DNA of 64,000 nucleotides from an uncultured Gemmatimonadales bacterium (GCA_963809895.1 CAWELD010000003.1:3456001-3520000), one strand, 5' to 3'. Positions 10,401 through 18,537 are shown, numbered from the stretch's first letter. The notes: generated from the letters alone by a model not told the origin. A program made the numbers and translations.

Positions 10401-12863
10401 TGCATGACCGCGGTGGAGCTCGGCGATTTCGAGTACGTGCGCTACTCCACCACCTTCGAGGCGTTCTACACGGTGCTCATGTGGCGGGACCTTCAGGCGG
10501 CTCTGGAAGCGTGCGACCGGCGGCGCCTCATGCTCCAGCGACTGGGGCTCGAGCGCGCTTCGGGCGCGTTCATGCTGGCCCGCCAGTTGACCCTGACGCT
10601 GTCTGGGCAAACGGACCCCGAGCATCTCGTGGGACCGGACTTCGACGAGAACGCGGCTCACGCGCAATGGCTCGAGCTGAACGACTTTCTGTCGCTGTCC
10701 TGCCTCGCGATTTCGCGTTTGATCGTGTCGGGACTCTATCGGCGCCGGGACACGGTGGAGCTTGTCGCGGCGGCTCAACCCTTCCTGGTCGCGAACACCG
10801 GCATGTTCCTCCTGGCGGAGTTCCAGCTCGCCGCGGCCCTGGCCTTCACGGACGCGGCCTGGGAAGCCGACGAGGAGACCCGGGCAACCCACCTGGCCTC
10901 GGCGCGGGAGAGCCTCGAGATGCTGGAGACCTGGGCCGCGAAGAGCCCGCAGAACATGCAGCACCGGGTCCTGCTGGTGCGCGCCGAGGTCATGGCCCTC
11001 GAACGCGACCCCGGGGTGGGGATCGCCGACGTGGTGAACCTCTACGAGGAGGCGGGGGCCAGCGCGCGCGAGCACGGATTCCTGCTGCACGAGGGGATCG
11101 CCTACGAGCGCGCCGCCGACTACTGCGAGCGCGTGGGGCTGGCTCGCTTCGCGGGGTCGCTCCTGAACGACGCCATCTACGCGTTCGATCGTCTGGGCGC
11201 GAGACCGAAGGCCGACCTCCTGCGGCAGCGCTCGGGTGAGAAGCCCGCTTCGACGGTCCGCGCCAGCGCTACTGTGCGAGCCGCTTCGGTGTCGCGTGCC
11301 CGGTCGGGGATCGACCCGGACAGCTTTCTCAGGGCAGGGCACGCCATCTCCGAGGCCATCCAGATGGATGTGCTCCTCTCGGAGCTCATGGAGATCCTCA
11401 TCGAGACGGCAGGCGCCCAACGTGGAGCCCTGATCAGGGCATCCGATTCCGGGCTTTGGGTCGCCGCCACCCGTGCTGCGGACGACCCGGAGGTCCACCG
11501 GCTGCAGGCGCCGCTGGACGAGGCGAGCTGGATCGCCGAGAGCATCGTCCGCTACGCGCTTCGAACCCAGGAGCCCCTGGTCCTGGACGATGCGAGCCGG
11601 GAGGGGCCGTTCCAGGACGATCACGCCATCAGTCGGACGGGTACCCGCTCCGTCTTGTGCCTGCCAGTGGTCTATCAGGGCCGCGTGGACAGCCTGCTCT
11701 ACCTCTGCAACAACCTGTCCGCCGGTGCCTTCACCGAGGACCGCATCGAGGGCCTCCGGCTCCTCACCGGGCAGATCGCCGTCTCGCTCAAGAACGCCGA
11801 GCTCTACGAGCAGTTGGAAGAGAAGGTCGAGGAGCGCACCCGTCAGCTCAACGTGCGCAATCGGTTCATCCGCCAGGCCTTCGGGCGCTACATGTCCGAC
11901 GACATCGCCGAGACCCTCCTCGAGTCGCCCGAGGGATTGACGCTGGGCGGTGAGCGCCGGGAGGTCACGATCCTCATGGCAGACCTGCGCGGCTTCACGC
12001 CCCTCACCGATCAGCTCCCCCCGGAGAAGATCGTCAGCATCGTCAACAACTTCCTGGGCGAGATGATCGATCTGGTCTTCCGCCACCAGGGAACCGTCAA
12101 CGAGTTCCTGGGCGATGCCATCCTCGCCATCTTCGGCGCCCCCATCCCCGGGCCCGATCATGCGGAGCACGCCGTGGCCTGCGCCATCGAGATGCAGCTC
12201 GCCATGGAGCACGTGAACTCCCGCAACCGCAAGCTGGGGCTCCCCGACGTGGAGATGGGGATCAGCGTGCACACCGGCGACGTGGTGGTCGGCAACGTGG
12301 GTTCCGAGAAGCGCGCGAAATACGGCGTGGTGGGTCGGCCCGTGAACATCGCGGCCCGCATCCAGTCCTATACCGTCGGTGGTGAGGTGCTGGTCTCGGA
12401 ACACACGCTGGCGCGGGTGGCGGTACCGGTCACCACCGGGCGTGAGCTGGAGGTCCACCCCCGCGGCGTCAGCGAGCCCATGAAGGTCGCGAAGGTGATC
12501 GGGATCGCCGGCGATCACGGCCTCTACCTTCATGAGGACGACCTCGATCTGGCGGGTCTCGATACACCTGTGGAGGTCCGATATCAGGCGCTCAACAACG
12601 CGGATGCGACCCAGGGCTTCTGCCCCGGCAGGATCGTCCGCCTGGCGAGCATCGGTGCCGGACTCACGCTCCACGAGCCCCAACCGCTCTACACGAACCT
12701 CCGCATCAGGCTGCCGGGGCCGGGCGACGCCGAAACGCTGGACGTCTACGGAAAGGTCATGAAGATCGAACAGGACGGCATCCACGTCCTCCGCTTCACC
12801 TCCGTGCCCGCCGAGGCCCGGGGCTGGTTCGAATCCCTGCTGGCCGATGCCGGCGCCATGTGA
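7407..12863 (+). CDS. Multidomain signal transducer: Ser/Thr kinase - AAA/STAND-like ATPase - helical repeats - GAF - class III nucleotide cyclase - PilZ-like tail
   Basis: Kinase VVLK, IHKDLNPDN, IDFD, GTLPYISPEQTGRMN, SDLYSLG; LYGREKE; Walker A GYSGIGKS; Walker B LVIFLDDLQWAD; KTNGNPFF; FAHDRVQQ; GAF RSVLCLPV...NNL..GAFT; cyclase MADLRGFT, NEFLGDA, GNVGSEKRAKYGVVGRPVNIAAR. Confidence 0.92.
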   Translation: MIELPDFEITETLHEGSVSTVYRARGPDGPVVLKCLTAPYPTAAQRAAYQSEFDILSRLSASGVAHAREIRQAGHAPILVLESIDAPTLRVALDGKSMRVKDFLGFAQAAVRALGEVHAAGVIHKDLNPDNILFDPATGEVHLIDFDIATELPREQPSIGEVTQVEGTLPYISPEQTGRMNRSLDSRSDLYSLGATFYEALTGKPPFESDHPMGVLHGHIARVPRPPHELAPMPQVLSEIVLKLLAKDAGERYQTCTGLLHDLENCDRQLRETYAVADFRLGQRDRSLRFELPQKLYGREKELAVLRDGFERVCAGQTGILMVAGYSGIGKSSLVNSVHRPLVRERGRFIRGKYDLRRRDKPLSAILQAFRDLVVQIIVEDDADFWKREIELALGSNIGVVAKEIPELQYIVEEQEPLPEVGAIEARNRLHFAFQRFVSVFARRESPLVIFLDDLQWADQASLGLIQAILTNPEGRYLYFMGCYRDHEVGPDHPLISTLESVERVHGVDRITLPPLRKEHLEELVTDAFRTTREESAQLAEILIEKTNGNPFFVGEFLRALNQAGLFTYDVEHGEWTWDTRQIRQLGPTDNVSQLMTSRLNRLQEPARRILMLAACIGAESRETTLVALTGKDTRAIQADLAEGVAEGVIMRTRGGADRSFRYRFAHDRVQQSAYSLLPESERPARHLQIGRHLLAELTPANRESRLFDVVDQLNAGRARIGADEELLQLAALNLEAGRRAKASAAFEPALSYFSIGMDLLGDDPWSTSPDLQRALSLERGESEFLNGHHEASERLLSDCLEHAHDALEAMPAYAIRIASHNAQGRFVDSIGISIEALAKLGIELPSDPEAIQQATGTELERVRTHLASREIEDLIDLPKMADPQLIEALRILVMMTSTAYIGYPPIYPLIVARQINLSIEHGNAPHSPVAYSSYAVLNSPGGLGDLDTSYRFGELSLAMLDRDHNPENATNINFVFGTFVSHWRNHISASLQYLDTACMTAVELGDFEYVRYSTTFEAFYTVLMWRDLQAALEACDRRRLMLQRLGLERASGAFMLARQLTLTLSGQTDPEHLVGPDFDENAAHAQWLELNDFLSLSCLAISRLIVSGLYRRRDTVELVAAAQPFLVANTGMFLLAEFQLAAALAFTDAAWEADEETRATHLASARESLEMLETWAAKSPQNMQHRVLLVRAEVMALERDPGVGIADVVNLYEEAGASAREHGFLLHEGIAYERAADYCERVGLARFAGSLLNDAIYAFDRLGARPKADLLRQRSGEKPASTVRASATVRAASVSRARSGIDPDSFLRAGHAISEAIQMDVLLSELMEILIETAGAQRGALIRASDSGLWVAATRAADDPEVHRLQAPLDEASWIAESIVRYALRTQEPLVLDDASREGPFQDDHAISRTGTRSVLCLPVVYQGRVDSLLYLCNNLSAGAFTEDRIEGLRLLTGQIAVSLKNAELYEQLEEKVEERTRQLNVRNRFIRQAFGRYMSDDIAETLLESPEGLTLGGERREVTILMADLRGFTPLTDQLPPEKIVSIVNNFLGEMIDLVFRHQGTVNEFLGDAILAIFGAPIPGPDHAEHAVACAIEMQLAMEHVNSRNRKLGLPDVEMGISVHTGDVVVGNVGSEKRAKYGVVGRPVNIAARIQSYTVGGEVLVSEHTLARVAVPVTTGRELEVHPRGVSEPMKVAKVIGIAGDHGLYLHEDDLDLAGLDTPVEVRYQALNNADATQGFCPGRIVRLASIGAGLTLHEPQPLYTNLRIRLPGPGDAETLDVYGKVMKIEQDGIHVLRFTSVPAEARGWFESLLADAGAM

Positions 12864-12910
12864 GTACCCTCTCGACCCGTCATCCATCCCCCCAACCGGA
12901 AAGCCCCCCC

Positions 12911-13366
12911 ATGAGCAACCTCGACACGGCGAAGGCCCTGTACGCTGCCTTCAACGCCCACAACATGCCCGGCATCCTCGAGCTCCTGGACCCGGACATC
13001 GAGTGGAACAGCTTCGGACCCGACTTCGCGCTCGCCATCGGACACTTCAAGGGCATCGACGGCGTCAAGGACTTCTTCGAGAAGCTGGTCGGGCCCGATA
13101 CCGGCCAGCAGGTCGACACCCTGTTCTATCCGATGCAGTACTTCGTGAGTCCAGAATCCATCCACGTGATGGGCATCGAGCAGGGCTACTTCACCGAGCG
13201 CGTGCTGGACGGCGCTGCCAACGGCGGACCGTTCAACAACAACTTCGACCACACCATCTGGTTCAACGAAGACGGCAAGATCGGCCGCTTCCGGGCCAAC
13301 TACAACCTGTCCCGCAAGGCTCCGCTGTTCTGGCCCAGCGACCCCGGCGTGCCCAAGGCACCCTGA
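12911..13366 (+). CDS. SnoaL/NTF2-like protein
   Basis: 151 aa: LYAAFNAHNMPGILELLDPDIEW...FKGIDGVKDFF...FNEDGKIGRFR, typical NTF2-fold pattern. Confidence 0.8.
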   Translation: MSNLDTAKALYAAFNAHNMPGILELLDPDIEWNSFGPDFALAIGHFKGIDGVKDFFEKLVGPDTGQQVDTLFYPMQYFVSPESIHVMGIEQGYFTERVLDGAANGGPFNNNFDHTIWFNEDGKIGRFRANYNLSRKAPLFWPSDPGVPKAP

Positions 13367-13383
13367 GGCTGCGCGGGACCGTG

Positions 13384-13419
13384 GCAGCCCGTGGCAGTAT
13401 TCTGGCTGCCACGGGCTGC
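13384..13419. terminator. Perfect 14-bp stem / 8-nt loop hairpin after the SnoaL gene (terminator or RNA-stabilising element)
   Basis: gcagcccgtggcag-tattctgg-ctgccacgggctgc; no U-tract follows. Confidence 0.5.
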
Positions 13420-13460
13420 GAGCCCGGGATCGTCACCTGTCACCTGGAGGACCGAAGGTC

Positions 13461-13892
13461 ATGGCATCCCTCGACGACGGCCGCGTGGAGCGCTGGCTGG
13501 AAGGCTACGTACGAACCCACGGCGGCGCGGCCGGCAGTGTCCACCTCCTCCGCGACGGCGACCTCCACCTGGAGGCCACCGTGAGGATTCCCGAGGTCGT
13601 GCGGAAGGCAGTCGCTGTGGTGCCGAAGGGCAAGGGGATGGCCGGGCTGGCGTGGGAACGTGGAGTGGCCGTCCAGACCTGCAACCTCCAGGAGGACTCG
13701 GCCGACGTGAAGCCGGGCGCCCGGGCCGTCGACGCCCATGCCGCCGTCGCCATCCCCGTGGGCGACCCCACCGGCGCCTTCTTCGGCGTCGTGGGGATCG
13801 CCTTCATGGAGGAGGGCGAGCTCCCGGCCGCACGCGTGCGTGACCTGTCCACCGCAGCCGCCGGCCTGGAAGGAGTGGCAGCCTCGGGATAG
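13461..13892 (+). CDS. Stand-alone GAF domain protein
   Basis: AGSVHL, VPKGKGMAGLAWERGVAVQTCNL, AAVAIPV...GVVGIAF. Confidence 0.8.
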   Translation: MASLDDGRVERWLEGYVRTHGGAAGSVHLLRDGDLHLEATVRIPEVVRKAVAVVPKGKGMAGLAWERGVAVQTCNLQEDSADVKPGARAVDAHAAVAIPVGDPTGAFFGVVGIAFMEEGELPAARVRDLSTAAAGLEGVAASG

Positions 13893-13906
13893 CCAGGCGC
13901 GCCTGG

Positions 13907-16006
13907 CTACTCGGCCACCACCTTGCGCTCACTCCCGGGCTGTTGCTGCTGCGCGATCCAGTCGAGCAGGAGCTGGACCTTCGCCGGCGACATGGTGCGC
14001 GTCACCGGCATGTTGAAGGTCGTGTAGAAGCCCGGCTCGTCCGGCTTGTGGAGCCGCTGCTTGATCTGGTCGGCGTAGCGCAGAATGGAGCTCGGCAGGT
14101 TGAGCGGGATGATGGTCGACATGAACGGGAACAGCACGTAGTAGTAGCGCAGCACGTTCTCGTAGACGTCATCCCACTGCAGATCGCCTGCCTGGTGCAG
14201 GTGCGAGAAGTCGTCGTCCGTGTAGATGCGGATGGTGGTGTAGTTGGCCGTGCTCCATTCCGGAACGCTCGGTCCCCACACCTGGTCGTCGAACTGGAAG
14301 TTGAGGATCGCCGCACCGCTGGCCTGCGGCTTCACGGTGACGGTCATCCAGTCCGTCGAGCCCGCCTGGTAGGTGATGGAGGCCGGGTACGCCAGCCGAT
14401 GATCGGTGGCCGGCCGCACCTGTGTGGTCTGGTTGGGCCGGAACCCGTTACTGCAGCCCGAGTTGGGGCTGGAATCCACCTGAATGATGTTGCAGTACTC
14501 CTGCGGCAGGATGACGACGTCGCTGCTGGGAGGGCCGCCGCGCTCGTAGACCCGAAGCCGGAGGGGGACCTCCGCGGCGCTGGGGGCGACGTATGCGCTG
14601 CGATCGTCGACGACCACCCTGAGCACCTCTTCCTGGACCAGCGTCGTGCCGGCGTTGAGGCGGCTCCCGGTCTTTCCGCGGATCACCAGCGTGCCCGCGG
14701 CGATGTCGGCATAGAGTGACGAATCGTATGCCACGTCCTGGATGCCACCCAGCAGCTCGAAGGTGTCGTAATCGTCGAGCCCATAATCGATGTCCGCGAT
14801 GTGGACCGGGTCTCCGCCGGAGGCCGGGATGTACGCCAACTCCAACTCGCCCACGTCGGCCTTGACCTTCGCCTTGTCGAATCCTGGTGGCGGGTCCAGG
14901 GGGTTGCGGCCCGACGCGGGGCCGTCGGGGTTGCGGAACCCGTACTTCGGAAATGCGCTCACCATGTCCAGGGAGATGTACGCGGGGGACTCTCGCACCA
15001 GGGCGACGACGTTGCCGACGAGAGACGGCGGCCCCTCCCACGGCGTCTCGGCCTTCGGCACCTCCACGCGATCTCCGCCCCCCGGCGGAGCCCAGTACAT
15101 GTCCGGTCGGGGGTAGGGACTCACGAGCTTCCGTCCCGCGGGCTCGGTGCGCGGCTCGTCCTCGTCCCAGACCCCCAGCGTACCGACGAGGTAGCCGTAA
15201 GCCGGGTTCTGCATCCCCTGGCCCTTGGCGAAGATGGCCGCCAGGTCCTGGTCCGTGATGGCCGGCTCCACTTCGAAGATCCGGAAGCGGACCGCCAGCC
15301 CCGCGCCGTCCTGAGCCTGGGCCATGAGGTCCTTCACCGGACCCGCGTGGGCAGCGGACACGTCGGGGAGCGCATCGGCGGGCACGGCGAACTGCATCAT
15401 GGCGCCGATCCCCACGAAGTTCTGCTGGCCCCCGTATCCGTTCGGGGCCACCGTGCTGCTGAAGTTCAGCCAATCCTGAAATGCGCGGGTGTCGTGGTCC
15501 ACGGTCATGATCGTGGTGCTCTGCCCTTCGAGCTCGACGCTGATCTCGAAGCCGCCGATCCAGAGCTGTGTGGTCACCAGCCCGGTGGGATCCACGTCCA
15601 CCAGCACCGGATCCGCCCTCCGGAACGAACCGTCGCCCTTCGACCCCAGCAGCTTGAACTTCAGGCCCTTCAGCCCCGGGTTGTCCTTCACGGTCTGCAC
15701 GATGCCGGGCTCCACCACCACCGATGTGAAGAAGCAGTCGTCGAAGTTGGTGGAGTGGTCTCCGAAGACGTTCCAGCCCCCGCGAACGAACGGATAGCAC
15801 TTGTTCGCTGCCTCGTAGTTCGCCATGTCCGCGCCTTGGCGCAGATACGTGAGGATGTCGTCGTCGGACATGCCCGCGACGGAGGAGCCCAGGGTGTTGG
15901 TGTCCCGGTTCACCACGTCGGGCATGACGTCGTCGTTGTTGCAGGTACAGGGATTGGTCCGGAAGATTCCGGCGAAGTTCATGCGGGGCCACGACAGCAC
16001 GCTCAT
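13907..16006 (-). CDS. VioB/RebD/StaD N-terminal-region homologue lacking the ferritin-like C-terminal domain
   Basis: Colinear motifs against my recollection of VioB: MSVLSWPRMNFAG (MSILDFPRIHFRG), GWNVFGDH (GYNAAGNN), VDVDPT..QLWIGGF (VDSDPT..QIYAGQF), QFAVP (QFSVP), VGTLGVW..EPAGRKL (VGVVGLW..YPAGRLL), VLRYYYVLFPFMS (VMAYYELVYPFMS), MPVTRTMSPAK (MPSTRELSAPK). ATG at 16006 overlaps the upstream stop (ATGA). Confidence 0.75.
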   Translation of the reverse strand: MSVLSWPRMNFAGIFRTNPCTCNNDDVMPDVVNRDTNTLGSSVAGMSDDDILTYLRQGADMANYEAANKCYPFVRGGWNVFGDHSTNFDDCFFTSVVVEPGIVQTVKDNPGLKGLKFKLLGSKGDGSFRRADPVLVDVDPTGLVTTQLWIGGFEISVELEGQSTTIMTVDHDTRAFQDWLNFSSTVAPNGYGGQQNFVGIGAMMQFAVPADALPDVSAAHAGPVKDLMAQAQDGAGLAVRFRIFEVEPAITDQDLAAIFAKGQGMQNPAYGYLVGTLGVWDEDEPRTEPAGRKLVSPYPRPDMYWAPPGGGDRVEVPKAETPWEGPPSLVGNVVALVRESPAYISLDMVSAFPKYGFRNPDGPASGRNPLDPPPGFDKAKVKADVGELELAYIPASGGDPVHIADIDYGLDDYDTFELLGGIQDVAYDSSLYADIAAGTLVIRGKTGSRLNAGTTLVQEEVLRVVVDDRSAYVAPSAAEVPLRLRVYERGGPPSSDVVILPQEYCNIIQVDSSPNSGCSNGFRPNQTTQVRPATDHRLAYPASITYQAGSTDWMTVTVKPQASGAAILNFQFDDQVWGPSVPEWSTANYTTIRIYTDDDFSHLHQAGDLQWDDVYENVLRYYYVLFPFMSTIIPLNLPSSILRYADQIKQRLHKPDEPGFYTTFNMPVTRTMSPAKVQLLLDWIAQQQQPGSERKVVAE

Positions 16007-17274
16007 CGCTCCCCTCCCGTCGCCGACTTGGCTTCGGCGAGCATGTAGCTGAAGTCCGAAGGCTTGCGGTTGTCGGCGGTCCTCGCCGAGTAGTGGCACC
16101 CGACGCAACTGCTCGACCGCACGTAGGTCTCCATGGTGGTGTTCGCGTTGAGGAAGGGGTTCGGGCTCCCGTACGGAGCCTGCTCCGGCCGCGCGGGCCA
16201 CTGGATGTCCACCAGCTCGTAGTATTGCCACACCGAGCCCGCCACGGCCGCGGCCAGTGCCTGCTGCCACAGGGGATTGGCCGTCTGGGCATCGGAGCCG
16301 ATGTCGATGAGCCTGGTCGCCTGCGTCGGGGTCGACGGATCTCGCCCCTGTTCGGTGCTCTGGTTCGGCGGGCAACTGTCACAGGCCGGATCGTTGAACG
16401 AGTACGGATAGGCCCCGGCGTTCTCGGTGCCGAACGGGGGCACGTTGTCCACCTGCTCGAAGGTCGCCCAGGTCCACTGTGGCCTGGACGGGGTCTTCTG
16501 CGCGATGTGGAGTCCCACCAGCCCCATCAGCGCCTGGCGGCAGGTGGCCGGGCCGTTGACGGACGGCGGATCGTAGATCCAGGCGGTACGCTGGTAGAAG
16601 CGCGCCTTGGCATCGGGAGAGTCGGCATCGGTGAGCTCTCGCCACGCCGCCTTGGTCTCCACCACACCGTCCCCGAAGTCGATGCTTCCGAAAGCCTGCT
16701 GTCCCTGCACGTTGTACAGGGTGTTGTCGACGATGTAGTCGAAGCTGGTCTCGTTGAAGGTGATGTCGAAGCGGGCGAGGTTGCCGTGCTGATCGGTCAG
16801 CGTGCCCCCGACGGCCTGATCCACGCTGGCGAACACCGGATTGGACGGGTCGTCGGGTGCCTTCGACGTACGATAGAGCACCAGCGCACCCGCACCCGCG
16901 CCGGCACTGCCGCACGCCGGCGGAAGTGTCCCGCCCGACGCTCCCCAACCGGGCGGTGTGGCACCGTCGGGCAAGAAGACCTCTGCGGGGTGTTTCCACG
17001 TGTCCCGCACCGTGACACCTGCCTCACCGATGGTCCTGGTGGTGTCCGGCACTCCGCGCTGCCCGGCGACGGCCGGCCAGTTCACCGCGACGAACGAGCG
17101 CCAGGCGAACGCGACGGCATCGGCCTGACTCGGGCTCGTCGGGAGATCCGTGGGCATGTCGGGGCTCAGCGTGACGCCGGACTCGCCGGCGCTCGGAGGT
17201 GCCGGGGGAGCCGCAGACGTGCACTGGGCACAGAACAGGACGGCGGCCATCACGGCGAGGGGACGGCGGGGCAT
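16003..17274 (-). CDS. Exported mono-haem cytochrome c family protein (single C-terminal CxxCH)
   Basis: Signal-like N-terminus MPRRPLAVMAAVLFCAQC; AWRSFVAVNWP, LTDQHGN, ETKAAWR, GLVGLHIAQKT..PQWTWATFEQVDN, ANTTMETY..SSCVGCH..SDFSYML. Confidence 0.75.
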   Translation of the reverse strand: MPRRPLAVMAAVLFCAQCTSAAPPAPPSAGESGVTLSPDMPTDLPTSPSQADAVAFAWRSFVAVNWPAVAGQRGVPDTTRTIGEAGVTVRDTWKHPAEVFLPDGATPPGWGASGGTLPPACGSAGAGAGALVLYRTSKAPDDPSNPVFASVDQAVGGTLTDQHGNLARFDITFNETSFDYIVDNTLYNVQGQQAFGSIDFGDGVVETKAAWRELTDADSPDAKARFYQRTAWIYDPPSVNGPATCRQALMGLVGLHIAQKTPSRPQWTWATFEQVDNVPPFGTENAGAYPYSFNDPACDSCPPNQSTEQGRDPSTPTQATRLIDIGSDAQTANPLWQQALAAAVAGSVWQYYELVDIQWPARPEQAPYGSPNPFLNANTTMETYVRSSSCVGCHYSARTADNRKPSDFSYMLAEAKSATGGER

Positions 17275-17457
17275 CGCGATGCACCTGATCAGGAGGGTAG
17301 GTGCCCCCCGGCCGCAATCAGGTCGCGGATTCGGGGCGGAAAGGTAGCAGCGACAATGGTTCCAGACCCCGGACGACCGCAAGGAACTCCTGAATCCGGC
17401 GACGAGCCACGTGCGGCCCGGCAGCGGCCCGCCACGGGCGAATCTCGCTTCCAACCC

Positions 17458-18537
17458 TCAGCGCTCGTACATCCCAGCTGCCGCCGTGAACCCGGTCTGC
17501 TCTTCCTGGGTGTCGAACCACTCGATGCGGAGCTTCTCGTCGGCCAGCACCTGGACCAGCACGCCACCGAGGGGCTTGTCCAGATCCGGGCTTCCGTCGC
17601 GGGCCGCCGCCCACAGCGGGACCCACACCCTGCCGCTGTCGGGCGTGATGTCTTCCCAACGCGGCGAATCCGGTCCCACCACGGCGATGTCCATCACCGC
17701 CAGGAACCAGCCCACCTTGGAGACGATGCGGACGTCGTCCCGCTCCTGGAGCGGGCCAAGGAAGACGCTGTTCTCCTCGTAGGCCGGCGTGAACGAGTCG
17801 TCGTAAGGCGTGCCCTCCAGGAACCAGCCGCCCGCCGCGGTGCCGGCCACGTCGAAGGTGATCCGGCCCAGGGGGTCCGACATGGTGCTCACGCGGTCGA
17901 TGAGCTGCGAGCGCAGAGGCTCGGCGTACTGGGCGATGGGGCTTTCGCTGTGCAGGTAGGCCGGCACGTTCCGGAAGCGCTCCGGATTGATGAAGCTGTG
18001 CGGCTCCAGATGGTAGTCCGTAACGCCGAAATCGAAGGCGAAGTCGGTGTGCATCACGGCGATGGTGTCCCCCGCATCCACCGTATCCCCTCGTTCCAGG
18101 CCCGCGGTCGGCGTCACGTGATTGAAGGCGGCATAGAGTCCCGGCGGACCCTCCACCGTGATCCCCCCGTCCTCCGCCGGCTCCACGCTGAAGATCGTCC
18201 CACTCACCGGAGCGCGGATGGCCAGATGCTCGCGCACGCACGGCCGATCCACGGGCAGCAGCCACTCGGTGTCGCAGGTGTACCAGTAGGTGTGGCCGAT
18301 GGGCAGAACCTTGCCGTCGGTGCCCAGGGGCGTGACCCGGGCCAGCTTGTCGAGCTCGACGGGAGTTACGGAGAAATGGGGGCCCGGACCCGGATCGGGA
18401 TACTGCTCCTGCCCCCCGGAATCACCCGTATCGCCGGGGTCGTCGGGAGCCGCGGGTGAGCCTCCACCGCCGCCGCAGGCGGTGAGTGCGAGGAGACCGA
18501 GCAACAGGCACTCCGCACGGGCACCGGAACGACGCAC
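17458..18537 (-). CDS. Lipoprotein of unknown function with a degenerate M23-peptidase-like region
   Basis: Lipobox LALTAC then a Gly/Pro/Asp tether; IRAPVSGTI, FNHV, RGDTVDAGDTIA resemble the M23/hybrid motif, but HxxxD and HxH are not intact. Confidence 0.55.
   Translation of the reverse strand: MRRSGARAECLLLGLLALTACGGGGGSPAAPDDPGDTGDSGGQEQYPDPGPGPHFSVTPVELDKLARVTPLGTDGKVLPIGHTYWYTCDTEWLLPVDRPCVREHLAIRAPVSGTIFSVEPAEDGGITVEGPPGLYAAFNHVTPTAGLERGDTVDAGDTIAVMHTDFAFDFGVTDYHLEPHSFINPERFRNVPAYLHSESPIAQYAEPLRSQLIDRVSTMSDPLGRITFDVAGTAAGGWFLEGTPYDDSFTPAYEENSVFLGPLQERDDVRIVSKVGWFLAVMDIAVVGPDSPRWEDITPDSGRVWVPLWAAARDGSPDLDKPLGGVLVQVLADEKLRIEWFDTQEEQTGFTAAAGMYER

Noticed and set aside
7407..12863. Avs-type or cyclic-nucleotide (Pycsar/CBASS) anti-phage system
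   Set aside because: The motifs fit the HstK-like kinase-AAA-GAF signalling family. No TIR, nuclease or cNMP-binding TM effector and no defence-island neighbours were seen. Not strictly excluded.
13907..16006. Violacein or indolocarbazole biosynthetic cluster
   Set aside because: No vioA/rebO, vioC/D/E or staP-like genes in the window, and the VioB-like protein lacks its ferritin-like half.
16007..16375. N-terminal 123-aa extension of ORF 13907..16375
   Set aside because: It overlaps the cytochrome gene in another frame. The real start is the ATG at 16006, with RBS-like ggaggggag, an ATGA overlap and the VioB-like N-terminus.
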